Of a stretch of 64,000 bases of DNA, positions 37,901 through 50,108 are shown piece by piece. The stretch is from Macrostomum lignano (taxonomy: Eukaryota). The notes under the pieces were generated by a model. The model worked only from the letters and a program-made list of their open reading frames with translations. It was not told where the DNA came from and made no database searches. Made by a program: the position numbers and the translations under genes. Position 1 is the first letter of the stretch. Each line of letters starts with the position of its first letter. The stretch lies in the NCBI GenBank assembly GCA_002269645.1, contig NIVC01000540.1:248001-312000 (forward strand), read 5' to 3'.

Positions 37901-40900
37901 AATTGAATTACCTGAGCTAGTAGTAGATCTACAACTACAATAATTGAATTACCTGAGCTAGTAGTAGATCTACAACTACAATAATTGAATTACCTGAGCT
38001 AGTAGTAGATCTACAACTACATAAGTTGAATTACCTGAGCTAGTAGTAGATCTACAACTACAATAATTGAATTACCTGAGCTAGTAGTAGATCTACAACT
38101 ACAATAATTGAATTACCTGAGCTAGTAGTAGATCTACAACTACAATAATTGAATTACCTGAGCTAGTAGTAGATCTACAACTACAATAATTGAATTACCT
38201 GAGCTAGTAGTAGATCTACAACTACAATAATTGAATTACCTGAGCTAGTAGTAGATCTACAACTACAATAATTGAATTACCTGAGCTAGTAGTAGATCTA
38301 CAACTACAATAATTGAATTACCTGAGCTAGTAGTAGATCTACAACTACAATAGTTGAATTACCTGAGCTAGTAGTAGATCTACAACTACAATAATTGAAT
38401 TACCTGAGCTAGTAGTAGATCTACAACTACAATAGTTGAATTACCTGAGCTAGTAGTAGATCTACAACTACAATAATTGAATTACCTGAGCTAGTAGTAG
38501 ATCTACAACTACAATAATTGAATTACCTGAGCTAGTAGTAGATCTACAACTACAATAATTGAATTACCTGAGCTAGTAGTAGATCTACAACTACAATAAT
38601 TGAATTACCTTAGCTAGTAGTAGATCTACAACTACAATAATTGAATTACCTGAGCTAGTAGTAGATCTACAACTACAATAATTGAATTACCTGAGCTAGT
38701 AGTAGATCTACAACTACAATAATTGAATTACCTGAGCTAGTAGTAGATCTACAACTACAATAGTTGAATTACCTGAGCTAGTAGTAGATCTACAACTACA
38801 ATAATTGAATTACCTGAGCTAGTAGTAGATCTACAACTACAATAATTGAATTACCTGAGCTAGTAGTAGATCTACAACTACAATAATTGAATTACCTGAG
38901 CTAGTAGTAGATCTACAACTACAATAATTGAATTACCTGAGCTAGTAGTAGATCTACAACTACAATAATTGAATTACCTGAGCTAGTAATTGAACAATAA
39001 TTAAGTACAATAATTGAATTACCTGAGCTAGTAGTAGATCTACAACTACAATAATTGAATTACCTGAGCTAGTAGTAGATCTACAACTACAATAATTGAA
39101 CTACCTGAGCTAGTAGTAGATCTACAACTACAATAGTTGAACTACCTGAGCTAGTAGTAGATCTACAACTACAATAATTGAATTACCTGAGCTAGTAGTA
39201 TATCTACAACTACAATAATTGAATTACCTAAGCTAGTAACTACCTGAGCTAGTAATAGGTCTACTTAAATAACCTGAGCTAGTAAGAGCTACTTAAATGA
39301 CCTGAGCTAGTAGTAGATCTACAACTACAATAATTGAACTACCTGAGCTAGTAGTAGATCTACAACTACAATAATTGAATTACCTGAGCTAGTAGTAGAT
39401 CTACAACTACAATAATTGAATTACCTGAGCTAGTAATTGAACAATAATTAAGTACAATAATTGAATTACCTGAGCTAGTAGTAGATCTACAACTACAATA
39501 ATTGAATTACCTGAGCTAGTAGTAGATCTACAACTACAATAATTGAATTACCTGAGCTAGTAGTAGATCTACAACTACAATAATTGAACTACCTGAGCTA
39601 GTAGTAGATCTACAACTACAATAGTTGAACTACCTGAGCTAGTAGTAGATCTACAACTACAATAATTGAATTACCTGAGCTAGTAGTAGATCTACAACTA
39701 CAATAATTGAATTACGTAAGCTAGTAACTACCTGAGCTAGTAATAGGTCTACTTAAATAACCTGAGCTAGTAAGAGCTACTTAAATGACCTGAGCTAGTA
39801 GTAGATCTACAACTACAATAATTGAACTACCTGAGCTAGTAGTAGATCTACAACTACAATAATTGAATTAACTGAGCTAGTAGTAGATCTACAACTACAA
39901 TAATTGAATTACCTAAGCTAGTAACTACCTGAGCTAGTAATAGGTCTACTTAAATAACCTGAGCTAGTAAGAGCTACTTAAATGACCTGAGCTAGTAGTA
40001 GATCTACAACTACAATAATTGAATTAACTGAGCTAGTAGTAGATCTACAACTACAATAATTGAATTACCTAAGCTAGTAACTACCTGAGCTAGTAATAGG
40101 TCTACTTAAATAACCTGAGCTAGTAAGAGCTACTTAAATGACCTGAGCTAGTAGTAGATCTACAACTACAATAATTGAATTACCTGAGCTAGTAACTACC
40201 TGAGCTAGTAATAGGTCTACTTAAATGACCTGAGCTAGTAGTAGGTCTACTTAAATAACCTGAGCTAGTAAGAGCGACTTAAATGACCTGAGCTAGTAGT
40301 AGGTCTACTTAAATATCTCGAACCTGAATATTTACTTACAATTCATAGACGAAAAATACGAAATCTGATAATTCGACTTTTAATGCCATATTTTGATTTA
40401 TTTAATTCCAATTCCAACGCCAGGTGTTTAAAAAGCTGCACCTCGGCAGCCTTGTGATCACTGACGATGCGGATTCTCTAGCCGAAGTGCGCTGTCACGT
40501 GACCGCCTGGCTAAAAGCTCGAATTGGCTCCGATGAAGACAGCGACAGCGAGCGGCAGACGCAGCGAGACGGCGGCGGCGGTGGGGTGACCCGTGAAGGC
40601 GCCGACGCTGGCAGCCGGGCAGCTGAGGCGGTGCGCGCCCTGGCCCTGTGTCACAACGTCACCCCGGTGCCTGGAGAGGCCGGCGGACCGGCCGACTATC
40701 AGGCCAGCAGCCCGGACGAGGTGGCTCTGGTCGGCTGGGCTGCCTGCGCCGGCCTAGCCTTGGCCGAGCGCGACCAGGATCGGATGGTGCTGCTGGCTGG
40801 GCCTGCTGATGCCGCTGGCGTGCGGTTGGAATATCGCTTGCTGCAGGTATTGCTGGCGTTCGGCTATCTACGGTGCTTTTACTATTAGTAACATTGGGCC

Positions 40901-43900
40901 ATATGTGCAACCGACAGCTCAGCCGCAGCTATTGCGCGGCGCATCTGAAGGCTGCGTACGGCTTTTCAATCCAAGGACTGGGTGGGGGGGCGCCACACAC
41001 ACCCTCAATTACCCCAGCTAATGCTGGCACCCATTTTACAGCTGGATGAACTGAAGCAATGCAGAGTTAATTGTCTTGCTCAAGGACACAAATTGTTCCG
41101 AGTGGGGTCGGGAATCGAACCCCGACCTCTCAGTCGGGAGTCTGTCGCTCTAACCCACTAGGCTACAACCCCTTTTAAGAATCACAATACTCGTAATCAT
41201 AAAATTACAGAAAATATGAAAACACTGGTTGCCAACCTAGCATTAGGGGTCCAAATTCAGTTATGATTATGTAGTAAATGTACTTTCAACCTACACCAGA
41301 ACGCACGCCCCGGCCTATCTGTCCCCATCAGGTGTTCCCATTCAGCTCCGAGTCCAAGCGCATGGGAGTGCTGGTCCGCGACGAGCAATCAGGCGAGATT
41401 GCCTACTACACTAAAGGCGCCGATTCCGTGCTGGCCCCCCTAGTGCAGCCATTGGACTGGATAGACGAAGAAGTAGCCAATTTGTCCAGGGAGGGCCTGC
41501 GCACTCTGCTAGTTGCTAGGCGATGCCTGACGCCGGAATTCTATCGCGATTGGAGCGCTCGCTACGAACAGGCCGGCCTAGCTGTGCGCGATCGGGAACA
41601 GCGGCTTGAACAGGTTCGACAGCAGCTGGATTCCGGCCTGGAATTGCTGTGCGTCACCGGAGTAGAGGATCGGCTGGCTGACGGCGTGCGCCGCTGCTTG
41701 GAGACTCTGCGCGATGCCGGCGTTCGAGTCTGGATGCTGACTGGCGATCGGCTGGAGACCGCCTGCTGTATTGCCAGGTTTGTTTACTCCTGAGCACATG
41801 CGAGCGCCCCAATACTTTACGCAGGCCCGCACTCATACACACGCTTGCTCACACAGGGTGTACACAGCGGCTTTGACTTTCTAATCGTCAGGCATGTACA
41901 CTCTGTGTCTATCAGACCCAACAGGCCTATGGCCAGATAACCGACAGCTCGTACGGCTGTTCAGTCCAAGGACTGGGGGGGGGGGGTCGACACCCACAGA
42001 CTCAATTACCCCAGCTAATTCTGGCACCCATTTTACAGCTGGGTGAACTCAAGCAATGCAGAATTAAGTGTCTCACACATAAGGACACTAACTGTTTCGA
42101 GTGGGTCGAAAATCGAACCCCCGACCTTTCAGTCGTGAATCCGTCGCTCTAGCCACTAGGCTACAACCCCTTGTAAGCATTCATATATACACAGCAAAAT
42201 TTAAAATTCTCAGGTCCGCTCGTTTGGTTGAACGCGGCGCCGGTCTACACGTTTTCCAGCCGGCCCCAGCCGCTATTGGAGATCCGTCAGTTCCAGGCGG
42301 CTCTTCTTCCTCTTCCTCGGCGGCGGCGGCGGCTGCTGCTTCTGGGATTTCCGGTGCCAGCGGGATAGCTGGCAGCGATGGAGCCGACCTACTCGATAGG
42401 GAGCTCCGTGCTGCGGCTCGGCGCGTTGAAGCGGGACAGGTGCGTGCCCGGAATTCAATCCCTCAACAACTAATATCCCTCAGAAAGACAGGAGATCCCA
42501 CAGAAAGACAGGAGATCCATCAGAAAGACAGGAGATTCTCCAGAAAGATAACAGATCCCTCAGAAAGACAGGAGATCCCACAGAAAGACAGGAGATCCAT
42601 CAGAAAGACAGGAGATTCTCCAGAAAGATAACAGATCCCTCAGAAAGACAGGAGATCCCACAGAAAGACAGGAGATCCATCAGAAAGACAGGAGATTCTC
42701 CAGAGAGATAACAGATCCCTCAGAAAGACAGGAGATCCCACAGAAAGACAGGAGATCCATCAGAAAGACAGGAGATTCTCCAGAAAGATAACAGATCCCT
42801 CAGAAAGACAGGAGATCCCACAGAAAGACAGGAGATCCATCAGAAAGACAGGAGATTCTCAAGAAAGATAACAGATCCCTCAGAAAGACAGGAGATCCTA
42901 ATGAAGGAGAGGAGGTCCCTCAAAAAGACAGGAGATCCCTCAGAAGACAGGAGATCCCTCAGAAAGGCAGGAGATCCTCCAGAAAGACAACAGATCCTCC
43001 AGAAAGACAACAGATCCCTCAGAAAGGCAGATCCCTCAGAAATCCCTCAGAAAGGCAGGAGAAACAGAAGACAGAATAGACTTCAGACGAATTTTTACCA
43101 TAAATTTATTCGCAACTCGCAGGCGCTGGCCCTGACCGGAGCGGCCCTGGAGGCGGCGGTTGCCCAAGACGAGCGCCTGTTTGCTCGAATCGCCTGCCGC
43201 GCTCCGGCCGTTGTTGTTAGCCGGTGTTCGCCAACGCAGAAGGCGGCCGTTGTCCGGCTGCTGCAGCGCCACACTGGCCGACGCTGCGCCGCTATTGGCG
43301 ACGGCGGTAACGACGTGGCGATGATTCAGGTTGGATTGTCCAAAATACCATTGCACGTTGTTTGAAACCTATTTTTTGGTTTCTAACCAAATAGGCACTT
43401 AAATTAATGAAAAATTAATCTAAGCCAGGTATGCAGGCGGGTATTCAAGCCAGGTAGACAGGCGGGTATCTAAGCCAGGTAGATAGGCGGGTACCTAAGC
43501 CAGGTAGACAGGCGGGTATCTAAGCCAGGTAGACAGGCGGGTATCTAAGCCAGGTAGACAGGCGGGTACCTAAGCCAGGTAGACAGGCGGGTATCTAAGC
43601 CAGGTAGACAGGCGGGTATCTAAGCCAGGTAGACAGGCGGGTATCTAAGCCAGGTAGACAGGCGGGTATCTAAGCCGGGTAGACAGGCGGGTATTTAAGC
43701 CAGGTAGACATAAGACAGGAGGGAGGGTAGCCAGTCAGCTCATCGGATAGGCAGACGGATAGAAGAACCCGTAGCTAGCAAGAAGCCAACAGAGGGATGA
43801 AGTATCAATGTTATCATGATTTACATTGCAGGCCGCCGATTGTGGCCTAGGAATTGCCGGTCGCGAGGGCCGACAGGCCGCTCTAGCAGCCGACGTGAGC

Positions 43901-46900
43901 GTGTCGAGATTCGAGCAGTCAGCCCGCCTGCTGCTGGTGCACGGCCGTCGGTGCTATCGCAATTCGGCCCTGCTAGCCCAGTTTGTAATCCATCGCGGCC
44001 TGGCTATCTCAGCTATGCAGGCGGTGTTCTCAGCGGTGTTTTACTATGCCGCCGTCAGTCTGTTCCCCGGCGCTCTCATGGTCGGCTATGCCACCGTGTT
44101 CACCAATTTCCCCGTATTCTCGCTGGTGCTGGATCGGGACGTGCCGGCTACCACTGCGGAGAAGTTTCCCGAGCTGTATCGCGAATTGCTCAAGGTTTGT
44201 GTGGAAGGGAATAAAATCACTGAGTTGGGTACAGGTTAGGTCAAGAGTTTACAGTATAGCGATTGACCGAGTTTACAGTAGCGATAGACCGAGTTTACAG
44301 TAGCGATAGACCGAGTTTACAGTAGCGATAGACCGAGTTTACAGTAGCGATAGACCGAGTTTACAGTAGCGATAGACCGAGTTTACAGTACAGCGATTGA
44401 CCGAGTTTACAGTACAGCGATTGACCGAGTTTACAGTATAGCGATTGACCGAGTTTACAGTAGCGATAGACCGAGTTTACAGTAGCGATAGACCGAGTTT
44501 ACAGTACAGCGATTGACCGAGTTTACAGTACAGCGATTGACCGAGTTTACAGTACAGCGATTGACCGAGTTTACAGTACAGCGATAGACCGAGTTTACAG
44601 TACAGCGATTGACCGAGTTTACAGTACAGCGATTGACCGAGTTTACAGTAGCTTAACTACCGATTATTACCCTTTAGTTGTGTAAGGAATCAAGTCTGAG
44701 TTGCTCCCAAATCCCAATAAATCCCTGTTCAGGGCCGCGAGCTCTCAGCCAAGACCCTGTGGGTTTGGACCGCCGTGTCGCTCTATCAAGGCGGAGTCAT
44801 CATGTACGGCTCTCTGTGGCTATTTGAGACATCATTTCTAAGAATTGTTAGCATAGCATTCACTGCTATTGTGCTCAACGAACTGCTCATGGTGGCCTGC
44901 ACTGTGCGCACCTGGCATTGGCTGATGTCAGTAGCGGAGCTGCTCAGTCTGCTCTGCTACCTGCTGGCTGTTGTTGTGCTGCCTAATTATTTTGGTTTGT
45001 TTTTGCTTAATTTTCTCCGTATATCCTATGAAAAATTGTTGAGGAGCCTGTTGCAGATTAGTGAGGAGTCTGCAGATTAGTGAGCAGACGGTTGCAGATT
45101 AGTGAGCAGACGGTTGCAGATTAGTGAAGAGACTGTTGCAGATTAGTGAGGAGTCTGCAGATTAGTGAGCAGACTGTTGCAGATTAGTAGGGAGACTGTT
45201 GCAGATTAGTGAAGAGACTGTTGCAGATTAGTGAAGAGACTGTTGCAGATTAGTAAGGAGCCTGTTGCAGATTAGTGAAGAGACTGTTGCAGATTAGTAA
45301 GGAGCCTGTTGCAGATTAGTGAGCAGACTGCTGCAGATTAGTAGGGAGACTGTTGCAGATTAGTGAAGAGACTGTTGCAGATTAGTGAAGAGACTGTTGC
45401 AGATTAGTAAGGAGCCTGTTGCAGATTAGTGAAGAGACTGTTGCAGATTAGTGAGGAGTCTGCAGATTAGTGAGCAGACTGTTGCAGATTAGTAGGGAGA
45501 CTGTTGCAGATTAGTAGGGAGACTGTTGCAGATTAGTAGGGAGACTGTTGCAGATTAGTAAGGAGCCTGTTGCAGATTAGTGAAGAGACTGTTGCAGATT
45601 AGTGAGGAGACTGTTGCAGATTAGTAGGGAGACTGTTGCAGATTAGTAGGGAGACTGTTGCAGATTAGTGAAGAGACTGTTGCAGATTAGTGAGGAGACT
45701 GTTGCAGATTAGTAGGGAGACTGTTGCAGATTAGTGAAGAGACTGTTGCAGATTAGTGAAGAGACTGTTGCAGATTAGTGAAGAGACTGTTGCAGATTAG
45801 TGAAGAGACTGTTGCAGATTAGTGAAGAGACTGTTGCAGATTAGTGAAGAGACTGTTGCTGATAGATTAGTGAGAAAACTGTTGCAGATTAAGACAGACT
45901 ACCTTATGTAAATAATGAACTCCGTTGCAGACCCCGGCTTCATCTTGACGCTCAGCTTCCTATGGAAGGTGTCGGTGATCACGGCGATCAGCGCCATACC
46001 ATTCTTCGTCATCAAATTTGTGCGCTATTATATGCGACCGCCGATAACGCGGAAGCTGCAGTCGTAAGTTATTTAGCGATGCGGGTGTATCGTTGTCTTT
46101 TTAGTTTGGAATTTTCAATTTTCAAGTCATTGCAAACAACTCTAGAGACGACTGTTGAGTCACGAGTGCATCACGTCAATTGCAGAATCGTAAAAGAGCC
46201 GCGAAAAAGTCATCCAATAGTCGTTGTGTTAGCGCTTAAGTTTCTGCAAACTGAAGTGGACTAAATAGAATTGTAATAAATGCGAAATGCGATTCTAATA
46301 AATTCATAAAATCAAAGCTTCGAGCTGTGCCATGCATTTTTATGATTTTTAGGTACAGGAAATGTACGTAGAATAAAAATTGTCATAAAATCCGACTTTT
46401 CTAAACGAAAAGCTTTATGAATATCAATAGAGCTATAAGAAAGGCACAACATATCAGAAGATGATCATTGGGCCTGCCTCCAATCTAAAGCAATAACAAT
46501 TTTTGTGCTTAAATAATAAAAGCTTCCTATCTCCGTAGTGTATTTTTCAGCGAAAACCAGCCTCATAAACATTTTCTAACGATGGTTTCCCTTCCTACTC
46601 AAGTCCTTGGCTCAGATTTTAGATCATAGATTTATTGAAAATCTTAAATTTTATTGACTAAGTGCGCTTGTTTCTACTAAAAAGTCAGTAGTCAGTATAG
46701 AGAGTTTAAACATTTATTTGATTTTGTCAACTTTTCAGTGGCGCCGACTCGCCCGCCTGGTTCGAGCAGGCCGGGCGGTTGCGGCGGCCTATCGAGGCCC
46801 GGCCTCTCCTGTCCTCTATGGTGGACATCAGCGGCGGCGGCGGTGGTGGCGCCGACTTTGAACTGCAGCCGCCTGACTCGCCAGCCGGCCCGGGGACGCC

Positions 46901-46934
46901 CCTGATGATGACGCTGCTGCAGAGCCGAACTTGA
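31980..46934 (+). CDS. ATP9: P4-ATPase phospholipid flippase, ATP9/Neo1 class. Exons 31980-32544, 33853-34259, 37072-37237, 40424-40846, 41332-41777, 42214-42439, 43123-43329, 43832-44194, 44733-44994, 45931-46063 (or to stop at 46067), 46739-46934
   Basis: Motifs [29 protein letters not shown] (37206), [51 protein letters not shown]. All introns are GT-AG with compatible phases. With exon 22141-22181 the product is 1080 aa (short form) or 1144 aa (long form). Confidence 0.95.
32617..33790 (+). repeat. 30-bp intronic minisatellite GAGTAGCAGCATCCCATTGAAGGATTAGGG
   Basis: About 40 tandem units, some shortened; lies in an ATP9 intron. Confidence 0.97.
34370..36915 (+). repeat. Intronic minisatellite with alternating 22-bp and 27-bp units (core GAGATAGACTTCAGGCATGG)
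   Basis: Units end in AT or CCTGGGA, often alternating as a 49-bp higher-order repeat. Confidence 0.97.
37740..40315 (+). repeat. 41-bp intronic minisatellite TTGAATTACCTGAGCTAGTAGTAGATCTACAACTACAATAA
   Basis: Period 41 (37741 to 37782); highly homogeneous to about 38990, with variant units afterwards. Confidence 0.97.
40908..41172 (-). mobile_element. tRNA-derived SINE (copy 1)
   Basis: On the minus strand: A box TAGCCTAGTGG (41155-41165), B box GGTTCGATTCC (41111-41121), then body TGTGTCCTTGAGCAAGACA..CCAGCTGTAAAATGGGTGCC, resembling conserved central domains of animal SINEs. Second copy at 41939-42170. Confidence 0.8.
41939..42170 (-). mobile_element. tRNA-derived SINE (copy 2)
   Basis: Homologous to 40908-41172 in the same orientation, in the next ATP9 intron; B box degenerate (GGTTCGATTTT). 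Confidence 0.8.
42480..43075 (+). repeat. 20-bp intronic minisatellite CAGAAAGACAGGAGATCCCT with an 80-bp higher-order unit
   Basis: Four 20-bp variants repeat as a block about five times. Confidence 0.95.
43423..43712 (+). repeat. 25-bp intronic minisatellite AAGCCAGGTAGACAGGCGGGTATCT
   Basis: About 11 tandem units. Confidence 0.95.
44245..44652 (+). repeat. 22/24-bp intronic minisatellite GACCGAGTTTACAGTAGCGATA
   Basis: About 18 tandem units. Confidence 0.95.
45048..45890 (+). repeat. 22-bp intronic minisatellite GTTGCAGATTAGTGAAGAGACT
   Basis: About 38 tandem units; a short array of the same unit lies at about 54475-54670. Confidence 0.95.
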
Positions 46935-47496
46935 ATAATCAACAGCCTCCTGACCGATCATTGTGTATCTTATTGAACTCGCAATCAGCTACTTATGTGT
47001 CTAGTGCATCCCGTTTGGCGTTGGTGCATTTCTCTACTATAATGGGTTCTTCACGTTTCCCTTGTCTCTTTTTTGTTTCCAAATTGCCGCTATTAAACAG
47101 AACGAATAAACTTTGTCTGTAGGAGATCTTTAATTGTTAAAATCAGAGGCAATAATTCTGTTTATTTCTGTTGTCTCTTGTTTGTTATTATCTATGTTTA
47201 ATAAGCCAGCTTTGCTTCCCTATAAATTGCATTCTCTCGCTAATTTTGTCCTGTCTTCCTCTGTCTCCCTGTACATTTTGCTGCAATTTGCTATACCTGA
47301 AAATAATTATTGATAAAATTCAGATGTTTTCACTTTTCTTATTACAACTGCACTGTGTTGTGTGGGTTTATTCGGGATTCATTGCAATTGTCCTTTATTT
47401 TATTTTTAATGTTTAGGCATAAATGTTAGCTTTAGGAGTTTTTAGATTAAGAAAAATGAATACGGATATGTCACCTTTCTCTTATCTCCCTGGGTT

Positions 47497-47862
47497 TTGA
47501 TGTGGCGCCACTCCCTTCTCCATTGGCTGTTGATGTGGCGCCACTCCCTTCTTCAGTGGCTGTTGATGTGGCGCCACTCCCTTCTTCAGTGGCTGTTGAT
47601 GCGGCGTCACTCCCTTCTCCAATGGCTGTTGATGTGGCGCCACTCCCTTTTTCAGTGGCTGTTAATGTGGCGCCACTCCCTTCTCCATTGGCTGTTAATG
47701 TGGCGTCACTCCCTTCAGTAGCTGTTGATGTGGCGCCACTCCCTTCTTCAGTGGCTGTTGATGTGGCGCCACTCCCTTCTCCATTGGCTGTTGATGTGGC
47801 GCCACTCCCTTCACCATTGGCTGTTGATGTGGCGCCACTCCCTTCACCATTGGCTGTTGATG
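47497..47862 (+). repeat. 33-bp minisatellite GGCTGTTGATGTGGCGCCACTCCCTTCTCCATT between ATP9 and RPL10
   Basis: About 11 units; explains the 11-aa periodic ORFs in several frames. Confidence 0.95.
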
Positions 47863-47977
47863 TATTTGCTGTATACTCGTAGTGGATTAGCATATACAGT
47901 TTATAGATGCCCCAGCTCTAGTTGCTGTCTTAACTAGCCGTTGCTTAACCACTTCTTTGCATGCTTCATCGCTCAGC

Positions 47978-49629
47978 ATGGGTCGCCGCCCCGCCCGCTG
48001 CTACCGGTACTGCAAGAACAAGCCGTACCCCAAGTCGCGCTTCTGCCGCGGCGTCCCCGATCCCAAGATTCGAATCTACGATCTGGGCAAGAAGAAGGCC
48101 CGAGTGGACGACTTCCCGCAGTGCGTCCACATGATCTCGGACGAGTACGAGCAGCTGTCCGCCGAGGCTCTGGAAGCCGCCCGTATCGCCGCCAACAAGT
48201 ACCTGGTGAAGAGCTGCGGCAAGGACTCCTTCCATCTGCGCGTCCGGCTGCACCCGTTCCACGTGACCCGCATCAACAAGATGTTGTCCTGCGCCGGCGC
48301 CGATCGCCTCCAGACTGGCATGCGCGGCGCCTTCGGCAAGCCGAACGGCCTCGTTGCCCGCGTGAACATCGGCCAGGTTTGACATTTTGTTGCAGTGGGT
48401 GAATGCGCCTGTAAACTGCCCTGGTTATCCCAGCATAACTGCCTTGATAGTCTTATAATTCCTTATAACTGTCCTTAGAATCCCCTCATAACTACCCTTA
48501 GACTCCCCTCACAACTACCCTTAGAATCCCCTCATAACTACCCTTAGACTCCCCTCATAACTACCCTTAGAATCCCCTCATAACTACCCTTAGACTCCCC
48601 TCATAACTACCCTTAAAATCCTCTCATAACTACCCTTAGACTCCCCTCATAACTACCCTTAGAATCCCCTCATAACTACCCTTAAAATCCTCTCATAACT
48701 GTCCTTAGAATCCCCTCACAACTACCCTTAGAATCCCCTCATAACTGTCCTTAGAATCCCCTCACAACTACCCTTAGAATCCCCTCATAACTGTCCTTAG
48801 AATCCCCTCACAACTACCCTTAGAATCCCCTCATAACTACCCTTAAAATCCTCTCATAACTACCCTTAGACTCCCCTCATAACTACCCTTAAAATCCTCT
48901 CATAACTGTCCTTAGAATCCCCTCACAACTACCCTTAGAATCCCCTCATAACTACCCTTAAAATCCTCTCATAACTACCCTTAGACTCCCCTCATAACTA
49001 CCCTTAGACTCCCCTCATAACTACCCTTAAAATCCTCTCATAACTACCCTTAGACTCCCCTCATAACTACCCTTAGACTCCCCTCATAACTACCCTTAAA
49101 ATCCTCTCATAACTATCCTTAGAATCCCCTCATAACTACCCTTAAAATCCTCTCATAACTACCCTTAAAATCCTCTCATAACTGTCCTTAGAATCCCCTC
49201 ATAACTACCCTTAAAATCCTCTCATAACTACCCTTGGAATCCTCTCATAACTACCCTTAAAATCCTCTCATAACTACCCTTGGAATCCTCTCATAAGTAC
49301 CTATAGAATTTGCCATAGCAACTGTAAGGCTCATAGCTGGCAACCCCGGCGAACATGTTGGCCAGGTGATCATGTCGGTGCGCGGCCGGGAAAACAACGT
49401 GAACTCCATGGTGGAGGCGTTCCGCCGATCCAAGATGAAGTTCCCCGGCAGGCAGAAGATCGCCGTCAGCCGTCGTTGGGGCTTCACTAAGTGGGACCGA
49501 GCCGACTACGAGCAGATGCGGGCCGAGGGCCGCCTGCAGCCTGACGGCGTCGGCTGCAAGTACCTGCCGGAGCACGGGCCGCTGGACAACTGGAAGCAGG
49601 TGCAGGCCGCTATGCGCATGGCCAGCTAA
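47978..49629 (+). CDS. RPL10: 60S ribosomal protein L10 (uL16); exons 47978-48376 and 49366-49629; 220 aa
   Basis: [37 protein letters not shown]...[19 protein letters not shown]...ARVNIGQ|VIMSVR...KFPGRQKI; phase-0 GT-AG intron. Confidence 0.98.
48455..49300 (+). repeat. 23-bp minisatellite CTACCCTTAGAATCCCCTCATAA in the RPL10 intron
   Basis: About 36 tandem units, period 23. Confidence 0.95.
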
Positions 49630-50108
49630 ATGACGGCTAAATGCTAAGCGGAACTTGGACTAAGGATGCTGGTTGTGACCTGTTGCCGACTGATTAATAA
49701 TTGATTTGCAATGCGGATTAATTAAGCGGAAATAAAAAATCAATCCAAATTATTGGATAGCACTGGCTTTGGCAGTTGCCGGAATTGTCTTCTGGAAGCA
49801 CTTACTGCCTGCCTGTTTATTTTTTTTATTTGATTTTAGTTTACTTAGAGCTCATGACAATAGTAGTCCCTCAAGCTGAAGGCTAGTACTGAAATGAATT
49901 CAAGTTCCTCCTCGTTATTACTTCATTAGTATGAGACAAATAAAATAGGCTATTGTTTTATATCGTTATTAGGTACGAATTAATACGATTTCTAATTTTA
50001 TTGCATGCTCGATTTCTTCCAAAGCCGCGCTACTATTAGTAGGACAGACGTACACTACACGGATTGACGCTACATTAACTGGTCTAATTTCCAAGCGATA
50101 GCTAGAGC

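Noticed and set aside
37740-40315. CRISPR-like appearance of the 41-bp and 30-bp arrays
   Set aside because: Units are head-to-tail with no unique spacers, there are no cas genes, and the context is eukaryotic introns.
41100-41172. tRNA gene on the minus strand (also 42105-42170)
   Set aside because: A and B boxes are present, but they run into a shared non-tRNA body and lack a complete cloverleaf, so these are SINE heads.
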